64,000 nt of DNA from Lama guanicoe (Eukaryota): positions 8,622,018-8,686,017 of the forward strand of contig MU054925.1 of NCBI GenBank assembly GCA_013239625.1, read 5' to 3'. Both the position numbers and the translations under genes were made by a program. Shown one piece after another: positions 1 through 11,644 of the stretch; the stretch's first letter is position 1, and each line of letters starts with the position of its first letter. A model generated the notes under the pieces. It saw only the letters and a list, made by a program, of their open reading frames with translations. It was not told the origin of the DNA and did not search any database.

Positions 1-319
1 GAGGGTATCATTTTGGATTATCTGCGTGGTCCCTAAATCCAATAGCAAGTGTCCTTCTTAGAGAGGCAGCGAGGAGAGACACACAGAGAGAAGAGGACGG
101 GTGTGAAGAGAGAGGCAGAGCGCAGGATGAGGCCAAGGAGCTGCAGGAGTGCCAGCAGCCACCAGCAGCTGGGAGAGGTCCCCCGCGAGCCTCGGCCGGG
201 AGCGCAGCTGGGCCGCAGTTTGGATGTCTGGCCCCCGGCACTGTGGGAGCACATACCTCTGTGGCTGTAAGGCACCGCGTTTGTGGGGACTTGGTGTAGC
301 AGTCACACGGAACTGCACA
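1..319 (+). mobile_element. MaLR solo LTR, MLT1 family (MLT1D/E-like), 5' end outside window
   Basis: MLT1 hallmarks: 'tggattatctgcgtggtccctaaatccaatagcaagtgtccttcttagagagg', 'ggccaaggag...gccagcagccaccagcagctgggagagg', and a 3' end 'gtttgtggggacttggtgtagcagtcacacggaactgcaca' resembling the MLT1 terminus. Family from recalled consensus. Confidence 0.8.
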
Positions 320-1574
320 CCGCATGTCGGTGATGGTGCTGGGGTCAGGGAGTCGCCCGTAAGCCCAAAGAGATTCTCCAGGAGGCTTTTTGTGAAAAAG
401 AAAAATCCTGCTTTTGGTTCTGTGTAGCAGTGCCATTGGTGTGTTTCACTTTTCTCTATAAACCCTAATCCCCCGTTTGATTAATCTCCCAGAGGAAAGG
501 AAGAGCCCACTTCTGTCATCCTTTCTTAAAGAAATGCACTGTTACGGGCAAGGCGCCTGCTTCCTAGACCAATGCCGAGAGCTTTTCCATTCTTTTCCTT
601 ACGTTCCTACCCCTGCAACAGCCCGGTACGAGCTGTCCAGTCTCTGCCTTGCGTGCTTATTAGTTTCCCGAAGCTAATTTTGCCGACGTAAGCTCTTCTG
701 GCTCTGCCTCTCTGCACCCAAGGCAGGAGGAGAACACAACCCAGGGAAGACTGTCCATGTCTCGTCCTGTTACCTCCCCCACCACGATGGAAACTCTCCA
801 AATCTTAGCTCAGCCTTAACCAACCTTTGGTTTACAAGAAGCGCAGGTAGATCTGAGAGATCAACTTCCTCAGTTGTGCCTTTCAGAGGTCCCCAAATAT
901 CAATTTTTAAGTTAGCTGACATGCAAGATAAATATTTTAACTATCATTTTATTCCTTTCCAGGCCAAGGGACAATTTAGAAAAGGTTCTATTCTAAGTAC
1001 ACAGCCAAGGAAGTGTGGACGGGCTGTCGGCACCGTTGTTTTGAAGGTGGCCTGTCAGTCACTGTGATTGAAACATAACCCCAGTGGCTTCCACAAGTGT
1101 AATAAAATGCTTTGCGGAAGGTTGTGGAACTGTAGGAGCTAATAAAGGCTGCTCAGCTTCATCTCCAGTGCCGCAGGGTCCGAGAGCACGAGGCCCATTT
1201 CCTTACGCTCTAGCATTTGTTCCAGTTCTTTCGTGCCTGGAAATGACAACATAAAACCAGACATTTAGTTAGAACCAATAGCTTTTTTGAATCATGGCAG
1301 TAAACAAAATGTCAGTTTGCTTACTGCTAATCCATTAGATCGCCATTAGCATTTTACAAGGAGCCACGGAGACTCCTGTCCTGGGCAGATGATGTGAAGC
1401 AGGCGGGTGCCAGCCCTGCTGATGCCCGTGCTCCCCGGATCCCTGCATGGCCCATGGCTTCTGGCCTCAGCCCCGGCCCCCGAGGTCAGCTGCGTGGTCT
1501 CTTAAGAATCCGTTTTGTGGACACATGTCTTACATACACACTGAAGCCAAGTCAGACCTTTAGTTATGTAAGAA

Positions 1575-1760
1575 CAGGTTCTCAAACACAGCCATTAGCA
1601 GAAGTACCTGGTGAGCTTGTTAAAAACACAGATTTCTGCAGTCTGCCCCCCACATTCTGAATGGGCAGGCCTGGAGAGAAAGCCGGGAATCTGTGCTTGT
1701 TGACAAGCCCACCCCGTGAGTCGGAGGCGCCCCAGCCCTGGACTGCGGGGATGACTGAGC
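1575..1760. mobile_element. hAT-Charlie DNA transposon remnant (MER5-like)
   Basis: 'caggttctcaaac...acctggtgagcttgttaaaaacacagatttctg...gggaatctgtgcttgttgacaagccc' matches MER5 terminal and internal motifs. Confidence 0.7.
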
Positions 1761-4619
1761 TAGTGTGTAGCAGGCAGAATCAGCTTTGCTTCAAGGCCAA
1801 GTTACCTGAAGGATTTCAGCCAGACTTACAACAAGTAATTTTGACTCACAAAATAGGAAAGTGCAGGGAAGCCCTTTTATCTTATTTGAAAAAAAAAAAA
1901 GATAATTCATAGGTTGTAGAAATGCAGTTTCATAGCCCTGAAACCATCTCTTTACCCCAAGGGAGACCCTGTCGGAGCCTGGGCTTCTGGGCCTTAGTTA
2001 CTGGGACCAGTACCAGTGCGATCAGGAGCTGGGCTGGCCAGGCGACCTGCTCGGAGGACACTGGGAAGGACAGACCATTGCAGGAAAGAGAACATTAAAC
2101 AGGAGTGGACAAAAGAGAATTTTATGGGCTAGATTTCGTACAATTTGGGGAAGACTGACAGGTCTCTGAGGAGGCATGAGGGGCGGGTGCCGCGGGGGCT
2201 GAGGTGCAAAGACCCAGCTTCCTGCGAGTTCCAGTGAGCTGCTCAAGGATGTCCCCAGCGCCAGCCCAGTCAGCCCCACCGGCTGAGGACCCACTGGCAC
2301 ACACTTCAGCCTCTGGTAACTGGGGTGAGTTTTTAGTGAACCTAGTACTCCACTTTTTCTTAAGTTCATAACAAGGTCAGAGAGCAAAGGGCAGGCAGGG
2401 CATCCCTTTGGAATTAAATCTCCCTGCTGGAATCCAGATCACAGAAGCCTTACTCACTTCTGCTTCTGCCTTCACATTATAGTTTGGGATCCACTCCCGC
2501 CCAGGTCCCTGGGTGTCTGGAAGCGAGGGGTGGAAAGTCAGGGGCATGTACAGCACGGAGAAGGGGGTCTGTCTCATTCCCTGTGTGACACTGGGGTCGG
2601 CCCCTGTTGTTCCGGACACCACCCATCTTGTGTGGACACGCGCGCCGTCTCCCGCTCATCCATCATCGCCCTTGTCCTTGAACAGTTACTGACTCTGAGT
2701 CGGAGGCACCTGTGCAGGCTGAGAATGGATGTGCCCTTCCTCTTCTCCGCCTCAGCTGTCTGGGGCAGATTTATGTCCTAGGAGAAGTTTCCCTCGGTTT
2801 TATTTTTGGTCTTTTGCACATCACGGCCCCGGGTTATTTCCTCCACCCGCCCTTCCTGACACCAGCCCCGTCATTTCTGAATCTCCCTGGTGCCTCCGTC
2901 CACCCCGAGCAGGCTTTCTGTCAGTCTGCTTCCGACGCTCCTGCGGCGCACCCGCACCAGCCGTGGCGTGCAGGCGGGCTGCCTGGCCGCTTCAGGCTCC
3001 GTCTGCAGCAGCTCCTCCTCCCCCGCCAGCCGGGAGGCTTGTGGGAAGCACGGGGCTCAGTGAGGGGGCATGTTGGGCTTCGAGGAGACTGGGTCTGAAG
3101 TCCAGCCTCATCACTCACGGGCTGTGCGTCTCCCGGCGATGGGAGCCTGCCCGGCTGGGGCGTGGGGAGAACTGAGCAGGTTAACGCATGGGAGGGGCTT
3201 AGGGCAGCGGCTGGAACTCACTTGTGTGACCCTCTGCGACCGTCACAACCAGTCCTTTCTCTCTGCATTGCACTGTCCGTCAGGGGCTGGCAGACGACAG
3301 AGGCCCACCCGTGGCACAGCCAGTGAGTCGGTGCTTAGCTACACAGGGACTGCATCTGCCTCACTATCACGCAGGGCGCGTCTGGGCAACGTCCTCATCC
3401 TCCCGTCGTCTGGCTAGACCTCATACACTATGTGCCCTCATGTCTCCAGGTCCCTGTGATGTCACCTGTAGGCAGTGTGTTCTTAATGCTGTGGGGGGCT
3501 TTTGATAAATGTGTGTTTGGAAGTGTGATGACGGCTCTAAGGAGGGTGCCAAGCGGTAAAGGATGACATCCTCGAGGCGCATCCAGCCCCCTTGGGGAAA
3601 CACTTCGTACAGGGGGAGGCAAGGCAGTAGGTAATCGGGTGCCAGGGGAGGCTTCAGGAGTTCCGGGAACAGGGGCCTGGAATGTCTGAAGTTTGACTGA
3701 TCCCTCTGAACTTGTGCTTTTCAAGTATTTCTGTTTCCTAATAGACAGAGTGCAGATGAACTGAGACTCCCCCCTCCCCCCGAGGCCGTGCTGGAGGAGG
3801 GACAGAGAGTGTCCTGAAGCTCGGGGCAGGGGCTGGTTTTGCAGAGTAGGGAATGAAGGCAGAAGGGAGGCCCCACGGCTCTAGACAGTAGAAGAGTCCT
3901 TTGGGAGGGGAGCTTTGGGAGCTTTGAATTTGGAAGGAAAATAGAAGAGTCTGATGGGAAAAAAATTTAAATACATTTGAGTAAGATTTGCTGCGTGGGC
4001 TGTAATCCTCCCTCCATCTCCCTGAAATGCTCAGGAAAGGCTGTGAAGTCGATGAGCAATTTGTTGCCATGATTTAGCGAGTACTGGATGGAAACACAGG
4101 GACGCAGGCATCCCCCTGAGGGTATGAACTGAACCACGCTGACTTCTTAAGCATGCAGGCATCACCAGGCTCCAGGAAGTCCTTCTCCATCGAAAAAATG
4201 GGGTAGAGTCCTGTGTTTTCAACAGATCCAACTGCCCTCAGCACCGCATTCAGGGCAACCTCTTTTTACTGACTGTGTCAGTGAAGGAGGCTCCTCTGTC
4301 TTAACGCCATTCCTCCTGCAGTCCTAGAGGCCCAGCAGAGGACAGCCTCTTCTGTTTGGAAGCTAAGAAAACAGATGATCGTCTGTCTCTGTAGGTGAAC
4401 CTGGCTGGGAGCTGACCACAGGCAGTCTAACCGGGTTGAGTGTAAAAGGAACATTGGGGACCACAGAAAGGAACGTTCGGGACCCCCGCCCCCTGCTTCT
4501 GTGGTCTCAAATGTTCCTTTTACATTCGACCCAGTTAGACTGCCTGTGGTCAGCTCCCAGCCAGATTCATCTAGAGAGAGAGGGAATGGTCTGTTTTCTT
4601 AGCTTCCTGGTTCTTTCAG

Positions 4620-4745
4620 GTGGTGGTTCTCACCTTGGTTGCTCCGTGGGAATCCCTTGGGGAGATCTAAACAACGCCACACCTCCACCCTACCCCCAGA
4701 GATTCTGATCCGGCCAGCCTGGAGTGTGGCCTGGGCCTCTGGCAG
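4620..4745. mobile_element. hAT-Charlie MER5A-like fragment
   Basis: 'gtggttctcaccttggttgctccgtgggaatcccttggggagatct...ccctacccccagagattctgat...ctggagtgtggcctgggc'. Confidence 0.7.
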
Positions 4746-7619
4746 GGGATGACTGAGCATGAAGGTGACGACCACCAAGCCTGTTTCCCCTCGCGATCCT
4801 GCTCCAAAGTGTGCTCCCGATAAAATGCCCCAAAGCAACCCAGATGCCGGAGACAGGTCTCAGGAGGTTTCAGTTGCAAACACCCAACTTCTGCTAAGGC
4901 TGTCTGTCTTCTGCCATTTTAGCAGAGCCACCCAACAGGACCAGTATTGCCCATCAAAGGTAGTGCCTCTTGCCCACAAGGATGACTAAAATAACCTGTT
5001 TTGCATCCATCCCAGGGCTGACACAGAAATGGTTTTAAAACAAAATAACCACACTCATCCACAAAACAGTCTTGAGATACTAACATAAAACTCCTCTGTA
5101 ACAGCTGTTTCTCATTGGGTGTGTTTTTTTTTTTTAAGTAAGTCTTAGTTTGTAGCAGGCTCCAGACCCAGGCAGACAGCCTTGGAAAGTCATTCTGCTC
5201 ACACCAAAAACAAGTTGAGCAATTTTCTGAGGGCAGGCACCTCTGACCCCTACATTTCAGCTTTTTCTTAATAAACTGGTCTCCAAAATGGGACCACAAA
5301 AGCCACTGGTGGCAATCTCTTACAGTATGTAGGTAAAAAAGAAGCTGGGGGAGAAATGGCAAGAATCAGAGAGCCGCTCTGGTTAGTAACGGAGGCGATG
5401 CAATTAGCCTTTCATTTAGAGGCAGGAAGGGGTTACCCCGAGAGCAGTGGTCAGAAACCAGTGATGTGAAGATGGACTCGGGAGAGCCGGGCAACTTCAC
5501 AGCACAGTTTTCTCAGTCAAAACTATTCTCTGATCACTTGTCATGCGTGCTGATTAATAACACAACCTCCTCTGAGGAGGGAGTGTTAATTAACTTCCGG
5601 TTAAATCGGGTCCGTTTCCCAGTCGTCCGCATTTGCCACCTTGAGAGGGGCACAGAAAGCAGCTCTGGGCACCGCATGGCTAGCCCGCTCAGGAGGGGAG
5701 ACGCAGACCTCTGCCCTGCAGCGAGGTTGGGGCTCACCACGTGACTGTCCTTTGTGGACTGGCCACAGACCCAGCACTGTCAGGTTCGTCTTTGAAGGGA
5801 TAAATCAAAGGCGAAGAGCAGCGAACGCACAAGACAGATGATGCCAGCGCTTGTAGCCGTGAGTGATGTACCGCGGCCCCGCAGGGCTTATCGCCTCTTT
5901 GATCCCATCCTGTCCGGGCAAAGGAAACTGCAGGGGCTTTGAGGCTTGGTGGTGGGAGTGAGGAGTCAGAACAGAGCCTACCCACCCCTGGGACCTCAGG
6001 CTGCACCTTGGGCAGGTTCCTGTGTCCCACGTGAAGTCAGTAAGGCTTCCATCCTCCCTGTCTGTCCCGTGGACCTCCACTTCCCTGCATCCGTGCCTTG
6101 CAAGACTCTCCCTACAATGTTTTCTCTTTCTGATAGAGTGTATGAAGAACGGGCTTTATTTGTCTCTAAATCTTCAGCTGATATTACTTTTCCCCGAGAC
6201 TCAGTCGAAATGAAAAAGGATTACTTTATATTTATTTGTGTCTTTCATGAGAGAAACTGATTTTGAGAAAAGCAAGCCCCTCCAGTGTGCAACACTTTCC
6301 CTGCCTTCGGGCCCTCCGAGGGGCAAAGGAAGGGCTAAGAGGCCCGCGTGCTTTGTCATTTACTTAGTCTGACAGCTGCCACTTAGCGTGCTTTTGAGGT
6401 GACCTTCCTCCAGCATACTCCTTCCCTCTAGTTGTGTGCGCCTGTTATGAGAGAATTTTAGAGCCAGGCATGGAGCAGGCTCCCTTTGATAATTAATGGC
6501 TCTGAGAGTTTGCTGAGTGTGTTATTTAATTAAGGGCACTTGTGTCTGGAGTGTGTGCAACCCTGTGGTTGAATAAAAGGTGTATTTGCTGAGGGATTAC
6601 AGACAGATACTCAAGCATCGTCATGTTGAGAGTTTGTCGGGCTTCAGCAGATGGAAAAACTCAATGGTAATTATATTTTTTTCCCCTTTCTGCCATTTAA
6701 AAGGTACTGAGGTTGACAGAAGGCTGTTTCTTTTGCCTTGTGCCTGAGCTGAGATTATGATATCAAATGTCCTCAGGCTAATGGGTAAAGTCTATTACTT
6801 GAAGCGGAGCCTCTCATCCAAAACAAAGAGATTACACTTTTAGTGCTATATTTTAATGCTGTGAAATCGGTGGTCAAATACGTTGGAGTTTACTTCAGTT
6901 ACTCACATATAGGGGAACTTGAATTATGGTCAAGTTTTATGCGGCACCAAAAGATCAAAGGTTGAAAACTGGCAAGAAAACACAGCTGAAGGCTGTGGGG
7001 AATAGAGGCTGTCTCACAGCACCCTGCTTTTCCAGAGTTTCCAGTGCTGAGAAGTGCCGGCTGTGAAAAGACCAGCCGCACAGAGGCATCAGCTGTCCGC
7101 ACAGCGGGATCTCCACGGCTCCATCTCTCCGTGTGTTCGGATACAGACTGTAAATATGGAAGGTCCGGTTTTCAGCCTCTCCGGTCACCGTGTGTGCCAG
7201 GACAAGTTCTGTCCACTCTCTAGCCCACAGTTTCCTCTTTTGTAGAGCAAAAGGTTGAATTATATACTCTTTAAACTCCCTTCCAGCCCAAAGGTGCCCA
7301 GGAGGGAAATGGAAGCTGACTGTGCCGCCAATAGGAGAGAGCGCTGATAGCCCATTGTGGGGACCGATCGGTATTTTGTCCGGAAGGGACCCCTGAGTAC
7401 CTGCAGAGCCATATAAACATGCCCTGCAGGTGGGCCAGAAGGCTCACGGAGCTGCCAGAGCTCAGACTGATGGTCCGAGGGTCAAGGTCTTCCACTGGAG
7501 ACCTCCCCACTCTTGGCAGACAGTGGGAACACAGGCTCTGGCTCGAAAGGCTCAACTGGAGTGAGGAGAGAGGCCTGGAAGGCTCAGCAGTTTCTCTTTT
7601 CTAGGTTGGAACGGAGAGC

Positions 7620-7800
7620 CATCTGTCCAGAGCATCTATTGGCCAGCTCCCGTGCTAAGGGGTGTGTAGTCTTATGTATGGAGAACTCATTTAGTTTTCA
7701 CTTCAGCCCTATGGGGTAGATATCATAACCTCAGTTTACGGCTGGGAAAAGGTCACACAGTAAGTGCAGGATCAGATCCACTTAACTCTAGAGATCAGGG
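7620..7800 (-). mobile_element. MIR SINE fragment
   Basis: 'aactcatttagttttcacttcagccctatggggtagatatcataacctcagtttacggctgggaaaaggtcacacagtaagt' = reverse MIR core. Confidence 0.6.
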
Positions 7801-7820
7801 TTTTGTTTTTTTTTTTACAG

Positions 7821-8142
7821 CTGCAGTGTCCAACATGGTAGCCACCAGCTACATGTCACTGACGAGCCCTAAAAAAGGGGACTAGTCTAAATGGAGATGT
7901 GCTGAAACTGTAAAACATCTCCTGGTTTCAAAGACTTACTCTAAACAAAGAATATTATATATCACATTATTTTTTATATTTATGTAGCATTTTTATATTA
8001 AACAGATACGGAAATAGTATTTGGATATACGGGGTAAATGTAAGATATGATTAACATTAATGTAACCTGTTCTCAGTGTGGCTTCTGGGAAAATGTAAAA
8101 GGACATGTGCAGCTGACACTCTGCTCCTATTGGACAGCGCTG
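7821..8142. mobile_element. hAT-Charlie MER33/MER3-type non-autonomous DNA transposon, near full length
   Basis: Terminal inverted repeats 'ctgcagtgtccaaca' and 'ctattggacagcgctg', AT-rich interior with 'gagatgtgctgaaactgtaaaacat', length about 320 bp. Confidence 0.8.
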
Positions 8143-8244
8143 CTCTGAGCCAGCACACCGTGGGGCCCGGGCTCGGGGGAGAGCACGGGGAAGCTGGTCT
8201 GGGGCGGGGCGCTCTGGGAGTCTCTAAAGAGTTAACTTAGTATT

Positions 8245-8460
8245 TAAGAGCATGGCTCTGGGTCCAAGTGAGGCCAGTGACTTGTTTTGCTGTGTAACCT
8301 TATCAAGAACTTTGCCTGTGTGCCTCAGTTCCACCATGTACAAAGCAGGAACATCCTGGTATCCCCCTCGCAGAGTTGTTATGAAGGCTAAAGATGATAC
8401 AAGTAAAGCACGTGGCCCAGAGGGAGGTCTGGACTCTAAAGAAATGTCTATTATTGTCAC
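8245..8460 (+). mobile_element. MIR SINE
   Basis: 'agagcatggctctggg...gctgtgtaacctt...tgtgcctcagttccaccatgtacaaagcagg...cctcgcagagttgttatgaaggctaaa'. Confidence 0.8.
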
Positions 8461-8880
8461 CCAGTCATGCGCTTGGCATTTTTGAGCACCCATGTGATGC
8501 CAGGAACTGTTCTAAGTGCCAGAGATGAAGACACTCAGACACTTAACTTGTTAGTGGAAGGTACAGACAAACAAATGAGTCTATAATATGACAGATGATG
8601 GTGAGGATAATGAAGACAAAAAGGCAAGTTTAAGGGGCAGGAGGAAATTGAGCTTTGCTTTAGCCTGGGACGTGGGGAAGGCCTTTCTGAGCCGGTGATG
8701 CTTGAGTCAAATACTGAATGGAGCGAGGAAAGGAGAGAATTCCAGGCAGAGGCGGGCACAAAAAGTGCCAGGGCCCCAGGGTGGGAGCTTATTGGATACA
8801 ATCTAATAACAGCAGAAAATCTGGAAAGCTGGACGAGTGAGTGTCGGGGAGCATCAGGGGAGAGGAGGCCGGATTTCATC
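8461..8880 (-). mobile_element. L2 LINE 3' fragment
   Basis: 'catttttgagcacccatgtgatgccaggaactgttctaagtgccagagat...gggaaggcctttctgagccggtgatgcttgagtc...attccaggcagagg' = reverse L2 3' region. Confidence 0.75.
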
Positions 8881-10274
8881 CTCCGTCCTCCGCCGTGGCC
8901 TGCAAGGCCCTGTGTGATCGGGCCCGGGGGGACGGCCCGGGAAGCTGTCTCACTTCCCATTTCAAAGGATCATGATCTTATTATCTCCTGTTCTCACGTG
9001 TTCATTCTTGTGTATCACATTGGGTGAGTTTGAGGGTACTGATGCGTATTTTAAGAGTCACAGTCAACAGCTGGCATGAGATATTCTGTACCAAGAAGCT
9101 GTATCTCTAACTGCGGTATCCCGAAAGCTGAGAGTTCTTAGGTTCTACTGGAAACAATTGTCTTAAAAACTTTTTCGTTTCCACTGAGCCTCATTCTTTT
9201 GAAGGACTAAACAAAGTAAAAGTATCCACAAGCAAGGTCTTCCAATTTAAAAGAAAAAAACTGCCCCGGTAGGTAACAGAGCCTTGAAAGGAAAGTAATA
9301 AAGCAAACCCTCAATAGGGGTATCACAGATAAATGCTGATTTACTGCGTTGCAGAGACTCCTGGTTCCAAATAGATACCTCCAGGACCTGCAGGAGATGC
9401 CAGACAGATGGGATCAGAGAAGGGGCAGAGTTCTAAGAGCAGCGTGGAGCTCGGCGGGGCCGAGGCTGGCCTTCCGCCTGTTCGAAAGCCTCCCTTTCCG
9501 GTTGCTGTGTATGACTCTGGCTTATCATTTCTAATTAAAAAATGATTCATGCATATCTGGGGCCCTCACATCTTCAAAACAATACCCGCCATCAGTGTGC
9601 AGCTCGGAGTGCCCACAGTTCTAAACTTTTCTGGAGCCTCTTTGGAACAAGATATGGCGCTTTAACAGAGGAAAAGGGCTAAGACCATCTAATTACATTC
9701 AAAGCCATTTTTTTTTTGCCTGTCTTAAAGGAATGGAAATGATCTGCTGGTTTTTATAGCTCTTCTTGACCTAAAGATATCTGCTGGCGGAAAGAGAATC
9801 CTCAGTTGGGCTGTTTTAATGCTTTAAATATTACGTGATCTATCATCTTACGCACTGACTTGCACACTTTGAAAAATCTCTTAAATACTCATTAAAATGG
9901 ATTGGCTAATCCAAGACCGTGGGGGGTGGCTCTTGGAGGGCATGTAACTGTGTGTGGGCATGGAGGGGTTAGACACAGCTGACACAGCATCAACTCCTTC
10001 ATGGTGGGATAAGGTAGAGAAATCAAGCTGGTCAGAGGGATGGTTGACACCCTGCTGCCGCCTCGCACAGAACACAGTTACACGCTTGCTCATTCTTGAA
10101 TCCACCGTCTGGCTTCAGGGGCACCGTCGGCATCTCTGGGGCAGGGAGGTGCTTCACCCACTGTGTCTCAGGCAGCATTGGGTTCAAAGTGGGATCTCAA
10201 CAAATAGCTGGTGACTGATTTTAGAACCTGAAGGTTACAGAGGTCCTGTGGTAGGCGAGCAATCTGTGCCCAGG

Positions 10275-10605
10275 TTGTAGCCAGGACTCCTGGCGGCAGG
10301 TTAGGAAACCCCAGTTCAAATGGGCCTCTGGAGAAAAGGGACTTACTTACCTTGTCCCTGTGAAGGAAGGGGTGGAAGTACGAATTCATCGCCTGTCTTT
10401 ACCTTTTGTCTCCGTTTACTCTGGGGGCTTCTCCTGCATCAGACTTTTCCAAATGACGAGCAGGATGACTGCCGGCAGCCTCAAGTCTCTGTCATCCCTT
10501 CCAAGGCTTTGCTCTCTACGTCCACACACCACATGCAAGAGAAGCACTCCAACTGGCCAAGCTGGAGTCACGTGCCTACCACTGTGGTCTTTGGATGAGA
10601 CTGGC
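10275..10605 (-). mobile_element. Old MaLR LTR (MLT1J/K-like)
   Basis: 'aaaccccagttcaaatgggcc...gaaaagggacttac...caggatgactgccggcagcctc...aactggccaagctggagtcacgtgcctaccactgtgg' resembles reverse MLT1J/K. Confidence 0.6.
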
Positions 10606-11139
10606 AGTTCCAAATTCCCATGTCTGCTACACCCGTCGTGTGTTCCATTTGAGTCTCTTAACAGATTTCCAAATGTTTTGAAACCCCAGGGCTAAGTACA
10701 GACTCTTGGTGAAAACTCCGTGTCTCTACAGGAAACCCGAACTGCAGGGTCTTGACTGGAGGCCCTGGGAGTCCTCACTGATCCCAGGAATGCAACATCT
10801 TATGCATTATGGTCCAAGGGTGATGAGCTGTGATTCGCTCCTGTTCACCAAACGCAGTTTGAGCTTTCAGGCAAATGTTCAGTCCATAACATGTTGCACC
10901 GGGACGGAGGACCATCCCTGTCTCTTTGGCAGGGTGGTTGTGATGAGTGGGTAAAGTGACCTGTTGCAAATCCCCTGGCACAGAATCACCGAATGCTGGT
11001 GCTTTTCCTGAAGTTACTGAGAAAGCAAGAGTCATCTCTAACTTGTACCCCAGTTTCCATTGTACAACTTGTCTTCAGTTAGCTGGAGTTTAAGCAAGGG
11101 AGGACGTTTCTATACAGAGATCCACTGATTTTCATGTAA

Positions 11140-11375
11140 ATGTAAGTGTGGGCTCCAGAGTTAGGCTGCCTGGGTTGCCCTGACTCCCCACGTAAAACCT
11201 GAGAGTCCTTGGGAAAGCCCATAGTGACCTTAAGCCTGTTTCCACATCTGAAAATTGGGACAATTCTAGAGGGTGGTTGTGGGGTTTAACTGAAGTAAAG
11301 CCTGTTAAGTGCTTGGTGTAACTTGCCCATAATGAGATCGCCATGCGTGGTGTCATTAAGAGTCATTAATAATAA
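11140..11375 (+). mobile_element. MIR SINE
   Basis: 'gtgtgggctccagagttaggctgcctgggtt...ccttgggaaagcccatagtgaccttaagcctgtttccacatctgaaaattggg...gtggttgtggggtttaactga'. Confidence 0.75.
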
Positions 11376-11644
11376 AGCGTCCTCTGCGGTGGCCTCCGCC
11401 ACTCAGTTGCTAAAATAGTGGTCTCGTTGGCCAGTGTGGCCCCTTAAAGTCAGGGAGGATGGCCACGAGGAGGAGAATGGACTTCCCGATGCAGTCGCAC
11501 AGTGTGCAGATGATATGCAGTAATTACTCTGTTTTGTTTAAACCTATTGAGGAACAACTGAATATCCAGCCAGCACTTAGACCATGCATTAAGTTCAGTC
11601 TCTTCTTTTCCTTATGTCCTTAATGTAAAATTTTTCATTTCTGT

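Noticed and set aside
6704-6784. Acceptor-like 'ttttttcccctttctgccatttaaaag' followed by 'gggtaaag'
   Set aside because: Stops in all frames and a weak donor; not callable as a coding exon
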